This document shows, in pieces, positions 18,226 to 26,917 of a stretch of 59,811 nucleotides of DNA. A program made the translations under genes and the position numbers. The DNA is from Nitrospinota bacterium (lineage in GTDB: Bacteria; Nitrospinota; Nitrospinia; UBA9942). Position 1 is the first letter of the stretch, and each line of letters opens with the position of its first letter. The notes below the pieces were generated by a model. The model did no database searches. It worked only from the letters and a program-made list of their open reading frames with translations, and was not told the DNA's origin. The DNA is taken from positions 1-59,811 of the forward strand of contig JACQBS010000026.1 in the NCBI GenBank assembly GCA_016194325.1, given 5' to 3'.

Positions 18226-20811
18226 TCATAACAGGTGCATCTGTTTAACAGGAGGCTCTTTTATGCCTGACTTTTTTGTCAGCCTCGGTTTCCCCCCTTC
18301 ATCAAACTCTTTATTTTCCAGATTGGTGAGAACCTCTCTTGCCCTTTCTATGATCTCTTTAGGCAGTCCGGCAAGTCTTGCCACCTGAATCCCGTAACTC
18401 TTATCCGCCCCTCCCACTGCAATTTTTCTTAAAAATATTATCTCATCATTCCATTCCTTTACGGCAATATTATAATTTTTTACACTATCAAGTGTCATTG
18501 ATAGCTCAGTAAGCTCATGGTAGTGAGTGGCAAAGAGGGTCTTTGCCTTTGTATTATTGTGTATATATTCCACCACAGACCATGCGATACTTATTCCATC
18601 AAATGTGCTTGTCCCCCTACCAATCTCATCAAGTATTATAAGACTTCTTTGTGTAGCATTATTTAAGATATTGGCTGTCTCATTCATCTCAACCATGAAT
18701 GTGCTCTGCCCCTTTTGCAGATAATCCTGTGCCCCGACCCTTGTGAATATCCTGTCAACAATGCCAATCCTTGCCTCCCTTGCAGGGACAAAAGAGCCTG
18801 TCTGGCTCAAAAGGACAATCAGTGCCACCTGTCTCATATATGTAGATTTGCCTGCCATATTGGGCCCTGTAATTATCATGATTTGATTGTCAGTATTATC
18901 AAGACAGGTATCATTTGGGACAAATCTTTCGCCCTCAATTATCCTTTCTAATATAGGGTGTCTTCCATCTACTATCTCAATAGTATCACCCTCATTTATA
19001 TCCGGGCAGATATAATCGTATCTACTGGCAGTCTCAGATAATGTAGATAATACATCAATCTCCGATATTATCCCGGCCATCTTCAGTATCCTCTTTGCCT
19101 CTTCTGCAATCTTTTTCCTTATATCTTCAAAAATCTGATACTCTATATTCTTAATCTTTTCCTCTGCACCAAGTATCTTATCCTCATATTCCTTGAGTTC
19201 CTGAGATATATACCTCTCTCCTGTTGCCACAGTCTGCTTCCTTACATAGCCTTCGGGAACTTTTGATAAATGTTTCTTTGTTATCTCTATAAAATATCCG
19301 AATACCTTGTTATAACTAACCTTGAGATTGGCAATTCCTGTCCTCTCCCTCTCCCTTACCTCCATCCGGACAATCCAGTCTTTACCATCCCTGCTAATAC
19401 TCCTTAATTCATCCAGTTCCTTACTATAACCATCCTTGATTAGCCCTCCATCCTTCAGAGACAGGGGAGGTTCATCTTTAATTGAAATATCTATAAGCTT
19501 CTCAATATCAGTGAGGTCATCCCATTTTGAAAGCATCTCTTTGAATATTTCGGAAGGAGTTTTTTCTAAGAGTCCATTTATAGTTTCTATAGGGGCAATA
19601 GAATTTTTTAGGGCAATCAGGTCCCTCGCATTTGCAGCAGAGAGGGTAATGCGGGCGGTAAGCCTCTCCATATCAAGTATCTTGCTCAGATTATTTCTAA
19701 TCTCTTCCCTTGTCCTGTGAGAGTCTTTCAGTTTGCCTACTGTATCATGTCTCGTTTTAATTTTATTTGCATTAAGGAGAGGTTTTAAGAGCCATTCCTT
19801 CAGCCTCCTCCCCCCCATTGATGTAACAGTTAAATCTAATAGTCCCAATAGAGACCCCTCTTTTGAGCCATCATAACTTCTTCTTGTCAATTCAAGGTTT
19901 CTCTGTGTGGAGAAATCAAGATTCATGTATTCATCAGACTTTAAAAGCGATATGCGGTAGAGATGTGTAAGAGGGGACTTTTGTGTCGCCTTAAAATAAT
20001 AGATTGCAGCACCTGCGGCAGATACAGCAAGGGGCATATTCTCGCATCCAAAGCCATCAAGGGAGGCTGTCTTAAACTGTGATAGGAGTGTCTTATATGC
20101 ATAATCATAATCATAAACCCAATCCTCGCATGAATTGACAGCAGCAGAGAGCTCATTTTTTAAGAGATGGAGTAATCCCCCCATCCCCCCTTTATCAAAG
20201 GGGGGTGAAGGGGGATTGAAACTTTTAGGGACAAGAATCTCTTTCGGTTCCAATTTGAGAAACTCATTTTTAATGATTTTTATAATATTTTCTTCTGAAT
20301 TTTCTTGCCCCTTACCCATTGCCTCTTGCCCCTCATTTTTAAATTCCGCTACCCTGAAATCTCCTGTGGATATATCAATTACTGCAATGCCATATCCATT
20401 TTGGTCAGGATATAGGCTTACAAAAAAGTTGTTATCCTTATCACCGAGCAGATTGGGATTTAAAACAGTCCCGGGTGTAATGACTCTTATCACCTCTCTC
20501 TTTACAACACCCTTTACAGTCTTTGGGTCTTCCATCTGCTCGCATACTGCAACCTTAAAGCCTTTTCTTATCAAGCGGCCTATATAAATATCAACTGCAT
20601 GGTGAGGGACTCCGCACATTGGGACAGGATTCTCTTTGTTTTTATCACGGGATGTAAGTGTGATATTGAGGGCTTTGGATGCAGTTATTGCGTCATCAAA
20701 AAACATCTCATAAAAATCACCAATGCGAAAAAAGAGTATGGAATCAGGATAATCCCCCTTTATATTCTGATACTGCTTCATCGCAGGGGTGGTCTCGTTT
20801 TTCATAATCAT
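18226..20811 (-). CDS. mutS: DNA mismatch repair protein MutS
   Basis: 'TPAMKQY', 'GDFYEMFFDDA', Walker A 'GPNMAGKSTY', 'DEIGRGTSTFDG', 'FATHYHEL', 'SYGIQVARLAGLP'. Confidence 0.98.
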   Translation of the reverse strand: MIMKNETTPAMKQYQNIKGDYPDSILFFRIGDFYEMFFDDAITASKALNITLTSRDKNKENPVPMCGVPHHAVDIYIGRLIRKGFKVAVCEQMEDPKTVKGVVKREVIRVITPGTVLNPNLLGDKDNNFFVSLYPDQNGYGIAVIDISTGDFRVAEFKNEGQEAMGKGQENSEENIIKIIKNEFLKLEPKEILVPKSFNPPSPPFDKGGMGGLLHLLKNELSAAVNSCEDWVYDYDYAYKTLLSQFKTASLDGFGCENMPLAVSAAGAAIYYFKATQKSPLTHLYRISLLKSDEYMNLDFSTQRNLELTRRSYDGSKEGSLLGLLDLTVTSMGGRRLKEWLLKPLLNANKIKTRHDTVGKLKDSHRTREEIRNNLSKILDMERLTARITLSAANARDLIALKNSIAPIETINGLLEKTPSEIFKEMLSKWDDLTDIEKLIDISIKDEPPLSLKDGGLIKDGYSKELDELRSISRDGKDWIVRMEVRERERTGIANLKVSYNKVFGYFIEITKKHLSKVPEGYVRKQTVATGERYISQELKEYEDKILGAEEKIKNIEYQIFEDIRKKIAEEAKRILKMAGIISEIDVLSTLSETASRYDYICPDINEGDTIEIVDGRHPILERIIEGERFVPNDTCLDNTDNQIMIITGPNMAGKSTYMRQVALIVLLSQTGSFVPAREARIGIVDRIFTRVGAQDYLQKGQSTFMVEMNETANILNNATQRSLIILDEIGRGTSTFDGISIAWSVVEYIHNNTKAKTLFATHYHELTELSMTLDSVKNYNIAVKEWNDEIIFLRKIAVGGADKSYGIQVARLAGLPKEIIERAREVLTNLENKEFDEGGKPRLTKKSGIKEPPVKQMHLL

Positions 20812-20901
20812 CTAATTTTATCACATTTTTACAGATGTACATGGATAAATCTTTTTCTATTGTGTTGCCAAAAAGCACACAATGTGTTAACTTATTAATA
20901 A

Positions 20902-21195
20902 GTGAAGCATATAAATTGGAACACAGAAAAGAGCCTGAAACTCAAAGAATCAAGAGGAATATGCTTTGAGGATATTGTTTATCATATTGAAAAAGGCGAC
21001 ATTTTGGATGACTATTTACATCCAAATCAGAAGAGGTCTCCAGAACAACGGATAATGGTAATCAGAATAAATAATTATGCATACCTTGTTCCTTATGTCG
21101 AAGATGCGGAAGAAATATTTCTAAAAACCATTATCCCCAGTAGAAAGGCAACAGACATTTATTTAGGAGGAAAAAATGAAAACCAAATTAACTAA
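20902..21195 (+). CDS. BrnT-like toxin
   Basis: 'INWNTEKSLKLKESRGICFEDIV...HPNQ...YAYLVPYVE...FLKTIIPSRKAT'; GTG start; overlaps its partner. Confidence 0.8.
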   Translation: MKHINWNTEKSLKLKESRGICFEDIVYHIEKGDILDDYLHPNQKRSPEQRIMVIRINNYAYLVPYVEDAEEIFLKTIIPSRKATDIYLGGKNENQIN

Positions 21196-21454
21196 AGAAG
21201 AACAAAAAATATTAGATAGCTTTGAAAAGGACGAATGGGTTCCTGTAAAAAACCTTTCAAAAAGGAAAGCAGAACTAATGAGATATGCAAGAAATACTTT
21301 AAAAAAAGATAAAAGACTAAACATAAGAATTTCAGAAAGAGACCTAACTGAATTGCAAAAAAAGGCAGTAAATGAGGGATTGCCTTATCAGACATATGTT
21401 TCCAGCATAATTCATAAATTTGTTAGTGGTAAGCTAATAGAAGCAAAAAATTAA
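21176..21454 (+). CDS. Antitoxin partner (BrnA/CopG-like, ribbon-helix-helix C-terminus)
   Basis: 'RLNIRISERDL...KAVNEGLPYQTYVSSIIHKF'. Confidence 0.8.
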   Translation: MKTKLTKEEQKILDSFEKDEWVPVKNLSKRKAELMRYARNTLKKDKRLNIRISERDLTELQKKAVNEGLPYQTYVSSIIHKFVSGKLIEAKN

Positions 21455-21580
21455 ATTACTGACATATCACTCCATTTATCTGAGAAGTTTATTTTGCGGC
21501 TCCAAGATATTTCCTTGTTTGTAATGTAAATTAAATTAGCCCCTCTATTTAACCCTCTCCCTACAGTAATTTCTTTTTCT

Positions 21581-21610
21581 ATCTGCATTAATCTGCATCC
21601 ATCTGTGGCT
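21581..21610. repeat. Single arm of a GCAGAT/CACAGAT-family repeat
   Basis: ATCTGCATTAATCTGCATCCATCTGTGGCT. Confidence 0.55.
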
Positions 21611-21811
21611 GCTTTTGTAGTTTTTTTGGCATCAAAATTTCTATTGACAGCCATTCTTCTTGAGTTCTATAATCCGCCCATAAGTGCTATTTGTTAGCCA
21701 GCGAAAGTTGGGGATATTAATCATAAGAATTTGACATCTCCCCGATTAAAGCCTTAGATGACAAGCCTTCTGCCTATCATGCAAAAAGTAATGATAGACA
21801 GAAACTGTATA

Positions 21812-22024
21812 ATAACTTATTCTACCTTCGCTTCGCTCAGGGAGAACAAGGAGTTCAAGACCAATACGCCCCTACGGGGCTACGGCTTAACTCCGCATTC
21901 TCCCTCGCTCCGCGAGGGAGAACGCGGGGCTGAGCCATGGTGCCCCATCCCTTCGCTTCGCTCGGGAGAACCAGGGGCACGAAACCAATGACCCTACGGG
22001 TCATGGCTCAGCCCCGCGTTATAT
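21812..22024. repeat. GC-rich multi-hairpin element with CTTCGCTTCGCTC motifs
   Basis: Perfect 18-bp inverted repeat AACGCGGGGCTGAGCCAT (21921-21938)/ATGGCTCAGCCCCGCGTT (22003-22020), several small hairpins and two CCTTCGCTTCGCTC copies. Confidence 0.7.
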
Positions 22025-22311
22025 GTGCAGGATGAAAATGTTGAGAACTCTTAACGCCCGATTAATACCTTAGAAAATCCGTGGCTGGATTCTCTCAATA
22101 CAGCACTTCTATAAAACCTTATCTTTTAATTTCTTAATCCATTTAAAACCGCCTCTGACAATAGACAAAGGCATTGAGCGTAGAAAGGGGTATGGGTGTA
22201 TTATCAATATATACCTTATTCATTGCCTATTATATCGGCATCTTAAAATCTTGCATTAACCTATGAAAAATGGTAATTTTGAAATTCTAAGGAGATACTA
22301 AGGAGATAGTG

Positions 22312-23136
22312 ATGGAAGCTGATATTGAAAAACTTAAAAGCATTGCAAGACAGATAAGGATTGATATACTCACCATGCTGGTTGAGTCCGGCTCAGGGCA
22401 TACCGGAGGCTCTCTCTCTGCCACAGACATACTGACAGTCTTATATTTTTATAAGATGCGTTATGACCCAAAAAATCCTAAATGGGAGGATAGGGATAAA
22501 TTTGTCCTATCAAAAGGACATGGTGCACCAGCACTTTATGCAGTCCTCGGGAGGGCAGGTTATTTCGGTCTTGAACACTTTCATACATTGAGAAAGTTAG
22601 GGAGTATTTTAAGGGGGCATCCAAACAGTGCTGTAACACCCGGTATTGAGGTATGCACAGGCTCTCTTGGGCAGGGGTTATCACAGGCTAATGGATTGGC
22701 ACTTGCGGCAAGACTTGATAATAAGCCTGCAAGGATATATGTTGTGCTTGGAGATGGGGAGGTTGATGAAGGACAGGTCTGGGAGGCGGCAATGACTACA
22801 GCCCACTACAAGATAGATAATCTCTGTGCAATAATGGACAATAATGGCTTGCAGATAGATGGAACAAATAAAGAGGTCATGAATATTGACCCTGTTTCTG
22901 AAAAATGGAAGGCGTTTGGCTGGCATGTAATAGAAATAAATGGACATGATATTAAAGCAATTGTTGACGCCATTAATGAGGCAGAGAAAATCAAAGGGAA
23001 ACCTACAATGATTATTGCCCATACTGTAAAAGGTAAAGGTGTCTCCTTTATGGAAAATAAGGTGGAGTACCACGGTGTAGCTCCGACAAAAGATGAATAT
23101 GAGAGGGCGATGAAGGAACTGGGGGTAACCCATTAG
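22312..23136 (+). CDS. Transketolase, N-terminal (TPP-binding) subunit
   Basis: 'GSGHTGGSLS', 'LSKGH', 'TGSLGQG', 'GDGE', 'AHTVKGKGVSFMEN..EYHG'. Confidence 0.95.
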   Translation: MEADIEKLKSIARQIRIDILTMLVESGSGHTGGSLSATDILTVLYFYKMRYDPKNPKWEDRDKFVLSKGHGAPALYAVLGRAGYFGLEHFHTLRKLGSILRGHPNSAVTPGIEVCTGSLGQGLSQANGLALAARLDNKPARIYVVLGDGEVDEGQVWEAAMTTAHYKIDNLCAIMDNNGLQIDGTNKEVMNIDPVSEKWKAFGWHVIEINGHDIKAIVDAINEAEKIKGKPTMIIAHTVKGKGVSFMENKVEYHGVAPTKDEYERAMKELGVTH

Positions 23137-23266
23137 CCACGAATTGACACGAATAATCACGAAGAACAAAATAACAACTAAGACAGGATAAACAGGATTT
23201 TATTATCTTCTAATCTTAAGGTTTTAGAGTAATTTTTGGTGTTATTTCGTGTTCATTCGTGGCTAA
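23133..23266. repeat. CACGAAT-family inverted-repeat element between the transketolase halves
   Basis: TTAGCCACGAAT (23133) and ATTCGTGGCTAA (to 23266) form perfect 12-bp ends; internal ACAGGAT repeats. Confidence 0.85.
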
Positions 23267-23290
23267 ATAATTTATTGGAGGTAGATTCAA

Positions 23291-24247
23291 TTGACAAAGA
23301 TGCTTGGGACAAGGGATGTATATGGGGATGTCCTGATAGAACTTGGAACAGAGAATAAGGATATAGTTGTTCTTGATGCAGATTTAGCGAGTTCTACAAG
23401 GACTGCAAAATTTAAAAAGAAATTTCCTGAAAGGTTTTTTAATATGGGTGTATCCGAGCAGGATATGATGGGGACTGCTGCAGGGTTTGCCTCTGCAGGC
23501 AAGATTCCATTTGCAAGCACATTTGCTATATTTGCCACAGGGAGGGCGTGGGAACAGGTCAGACAGTCTATCTGTCTCCCAAAAATGAATGTAAAGATTG
23601 TTGCAACCCACGGAGGCATAACTGTCGGCGAGGATGGGGCATCGCATCACTCAACTGAGGATATTGCACTGATGAGGGTGCTTCCAAATATGACAGTTAT
23701 TATCCCGGCGGATGGCTATGAGGCAGGGGCTGCTATAAAGGCTGCGGCAAAATACAGGGGACCTGTATTCATAAGATTATCAAGGGAGAAATTTCCTGTT
23801 ATATATCCTGAAAATTGCGAGTTTGAAATAGGCAAGGCAAAGGTTCATAGTATTGGCGAAGATGCCACAATCATTTCGTGCGGTTTAATGGTTCATATGT
23901 CTCTTGAAGCAGCTGAAGAACTTAAAAAGGATGGTTTAAATGTAGGTGTTATAAATATGTCCACCATAAAACCCCTTGATACTGATGCAGTATTAAATGC
24001 GGCAAGAAACAGCGGTGCAATAGTTACTGCTGAAGAACATTCTATAATTGGCGGGCTTGGCGGTGCGGTTGCTGAGGTAATATCAGAGAACGAGCCGGTT
24101 CCCTTAAAACGGGTTGGAATAAATGATAAATTTGGAATGTCAGGAAGCACAGCTGATTTATTGAAGCATTACGGATTGACAAAAGAAACTGTTAAAGAGG
24201 CAGTTCATCATGTTGTAAAAATGAAGGGGATAAAAGTCAGAGATTAA
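23291..24247 (+). CDS. Transketolase, C-terminal subunit
   Basis: 'DADLASST', 'FNMGVSEQ', 'GEDGASHHSTED', 'TAEEHSIIGGLG'; TTG start with a GGAGG RBS. Confidence 0.95.
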   Translation: MTKMLGTRDVYGDVLIELGTENKDIVVLDADLASSTRTAKFKKKFPERFFNMGVSEQDMMGTAAGFASAGKIPFASTFAIFATGRAWEQVRQSICLPKMNVKIVATHGGITVGEDGASHHSTEDIALMRVLPNMTVIIPADGYEAGAAIKAAAKYRGPVFIRLSREKFPVIYPENCEFEIGKAKVHSIGEDATIISCGLMVHMSLEAAEELKKDGLNVGVINMSTIKPLDTDAVLNAARNSGAIVTAEEHSIIGGLGGAVAEVISENEPVPLKRVGINDKFGMSGSTADLLKHYGLTKETVKEAVHHVVKMKGIKVRD

Positions 24248-24289
24248 TCTTTTACTAATCCCTAACCCCTGTCCCCTGTCCCCTGATTT

Positions 24290-24943
24290 ATGATTCAGTT
24301 ATATCATGTCTCTAAAAGCTATAGCAATTATCAGGCACTCATAGACATAAGCCTCAAGGTAGAAAAGGGGGAGTTTTTATATATAACAGGGCCAAGCGGT
24401 GCAGGTAAGACTACCCTTCTTAATATTGTATTCTGCGGTGTAAAGGCTGACCAGGGGCAGATAATTGTAAATGGAAAGAATATCCTTAAACTAAAGGATT
24501 CCGATATACCATATTACAGAAGAGAAATCGGTGTAGTATTTCAGGATTTTAAACTCCTTCCTAAAAAGACAGTAGCTGAAAATATTGCCTTTGCACAGCG
24601 AGTGATAGGGGTAGGCAATAAGGAAATTAAGAAGAGGGTCTGGATGTCACTCAAGATGGTAGGATTAAGCCACAAGAAAGATACCTTTCCTTTAAGGCTT
24701 TCAGGTGGTGAGCAGCAGAGGGTTGCAATAGCAAGGGCACTTATAAATGAGCCTCAGATAATCCTCGCTGACGAGCCTACAGGTAATCTTGATTACGATA
24801 TCTCAATGGAGATAATGAAGCTGTTTGAAGATTCCAATACAAAGGGCGCTACAATAATTGTTGCTACGCATAACAGAGAGATTTTGAAAAACTTCCCCCA
24901 CAGGATAGTTAAGTTGAATCAAGGGAGAGTAGTTGCAGAGTGA
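24290..24943 (+). CDS. ftsE: Cell division ATP-binding protein FtsE
   Basis: 'GPSGAGKTT', 'RREIGVVFQDFKLL', 'LSGGEQQRVAIARA', 'ADEPTGNLD'. Confidence 0.85.
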   Translation: MIQLYHVSKSYSNYQALIDISLKVEKGEFLYITGPSGAGKTTLLNIVFCGVKADQGQIIVNGKNILKLKDSDIPYYRREIGVVFQDFKLLPKKTVAENIAFAQRVIGVGNKEIKKRVWMSLKMVGLSHKKDTFPLRLSGGEQQRVAIARALINEPQIILADEPTGNLDYDISMEIMKLFEDSNTKGATIIVATHNREILKNFPHRIVKLNQGRVVAE

Positions 24944-25034
24944 ATATATCACCTGTCAGTCTTGACCTTCATCAGACAATGATAAAAGACATGAAGCCCA
25001 CTTTTTTCTTCCTCTATTTTTAAGATATTAATAA

Positions 25035-26111
25035 ATGCAAAAGATTAATTTAAAAAACCTCTCCCTTCAGGAGATAGAAGGTCTTGTAGAATCTCTCGGA
25101 GAGAAACCATACAGAGCCCGCCAAATTTATGAATGGGTATTTCAGAAGGATGTGAGTGATATTGGAGAGATGACAAATCTCTCCCTAAATCTTAGAGAGC
25201 AGTTAAACAAACCAGCCTATATATCCCGCCTCTCTATTGCCAATAAAAGAACTTCATCTGACGGCACATCAAAATATCTTTTTTTATTGGAGGATGGTAA
25301 TAGTATAGAGAGTGTCCTCATTCCTGATGAAGACAGGCTCACATTATGTATATCCACACAGGTTGGATGTAAATTAGGCTGTGCATTCTGTCTTACAGGG
25401 AAGAGTGGGTTTGTCAGGAATCTAAGTCAATCTGAGATAATAGAGCAGATTCTTTCTGTCCAGAGAGAAATTCGACCTCCCCTTTCTTCCCTCCTTACGA
25501 AGGAGGGGAATGGGGTGGTAGGGGATATAACAAATATAGTTCTCATGGGGATGGGTGAGCCGCTTGATAATTACGAAAATATAATAAAATCCATAAAAAC
25601 CATGATATCCCCTAATGGATTAAAGATACCTGCAAGAAGAATAACCCTATCCACATCGGGGCTAATTCCTGAAATTAAAAAACTCGCAAAAGAGAACCTT
25701 AAAATAAATCTGGCAATCTCCCTTAATGCATCAGATAATGAGACAAGAGATAAAATCATGCCTGTAAATAAAAAATATCCAATTGAAGAATTGCTTGAGG
25801 CATTAAAAGAATATCCCCTTCCGCCTAATAGGAGGATTACCTTTGAGTATGTTATTATAAAGGGGTTAAATGATTCTATTGAGGATGCAAAAAGGCTTTC
25901 AAATATACTTAAGAATATAAAATGTAAGATTAACCTCATTCCATTTAATAGCTTTGAAGGGTCAGATTATGAGACCCCTGACTATAAAAATGTTGAGGAG
26001 TTTCAAAATTTTCTTATTTCAAGACATTATACTGCTATTATAAGAAAAAGTAAGGGGGCTGATATATGTGCCGCCTGTGGACAACTGAGGAGCAAAAGAT
26101 TAGAAGGTTGA
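25035..26111 (+). CDS. rlmN: 23S rRNA/tRNA m2A methyltransferase RlmN
   Basis: Radical SAM 'CISTQVGCKLGCAFC', 'MGMGEPL', 'ACGQL'. Confidence 0.97.
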   Translation: MQKINLKNLSLQEIEGLVESLGEKPYRARQIYEWVFQKDVSDIGEMTNLSLNLREQLNKPAYISRLSIANKRTSSDGTSKYLFLLEDGNSIESVLIPDEDRLTLCISTQVGCKLGCAFCLTGKSGFVRNLSQSEIIEQILSVQREIRPPLSSLLTKEGNGVVGDITNIVLMGMGEPLDNYENIIKSIKTMISPNGLKIPARRITLSTSGLIPEIKKLAKENLKINLAISLNASDNETRDKIMPVNKKYPIEELLEALKEYPLPPNRRITFEYVIIKGLNDSIEDAKRLSNILKNIKCKINLIPFNSFEGSDYETPDYKNVEEFQNFLISRHYTAIIRKSKGADICAACGQLRSKRLEG

Positions 26112-26121
26112 GGCTTTTGTT

Positions 26122-26814
26122 ATGAGCGGAATACTATACATAGTCTCAACACCAATAGGCAATTATGATGATATAACTCTACGGGCATTAAATATTCTTA
26201 AAATAGTTGATGAGGTAATATGTGAGGAATTTAAAGAAGGCAGAAGGCTCTTAAATCAATATGGAATTGACAAGTCCTTAAGAAGACTTAGTGAACATAA
26301 TGAAAAGAAGGATACGCCGCAGATTATAAAAGAGATAAAAGAGGGGAAAAATTTTGCCCTTATTACCGATTGTGGAACACCTGTCTTTGCTGATACAGGA
26401 AACTATCTTATAAAGGAGGCAATCTCAACAAACATAAAATTAGTCCCTGTTCCAGGTGCCTCATCAATCATGTCAGCACTTGTTACAGCAGGAATCCCTA
26501 TTGATAAGTTTAGCTATTACGGTTTTTTATCTCCCAAGAGTGATATACGGAAAAAGGAGCTTTTAAGTATTAAAAGAGAGATGCCTGTTATCCTTATGGA
26601 TACACCTTACAGGCTTCTTACCCTCTTAAAAGATATTATAGATATGTTGGGGAGGGAAACTTATATTATCCTGTGTATGGACCTCACAACTGATACTGAA
26701 GAAATCTTAAGAGGGAGGATAGATGAGGTATTGGAAAAAATAAAAGACAGGGAGAAGAAGAGAGAGTTTGTATTGATTATTAAGCCAAAAGAAAAAAGAC
26801 CTGAACACGAATAA
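26122..26814 (+). CDS. rsmI: 16S rRNA C1402 2'-O-methyltransferase RsmI (or close homolog)
   Basis: 'LYIVSTPIGNYDDITLRAL', 'DCGTPVFADTG', 'PGASS', 'YGFL'. Confidence 0.85.
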   Translation: MSGILYIVSTPIGNYDDITLRALNILKIVDEVICEEFKEGRRLLNQYGIDKSLRRLSEHNEKKDTPQIIKEIKEGKNFALITDCGTPVFADTGNYLIKEAISTNIKLVPVPGASSIMSALVTAGIPIDKFSYYGFLSPKSDIRKKELLSIKREMPVILMDTPYRLLTLLKDIIDMLGRETYIILCMDLTTDTEEILRGRIDEVLEKIKDREKKREFVLIIKPKEKRPEHE

Positions 26815-26903
26815 CACGAATGGACGAATTACACGAATAATTATATTATGGTTTTAATTTGCTTCTTATTAGTGCTATTTGTATATTCGTGTTATTCGTG
26901 TTC
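26803..26903. repeat. CACGAAT-family inverted-repeat element overlapping the rsmI stop codon
   Basis: GAACACGAATAACACGAAT ... ATTCGTGTTATTCGTGTTC. Confidence 0.85.
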
Positions 26904-26917
26904 CAGATTTTAATACC

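Noticed and set aside
21451-21991. Short ORFs 21451-21654 (-) and 21758-21991 (+)
   Set aside because: They largely translate repeat elements and have no recognisable domain.
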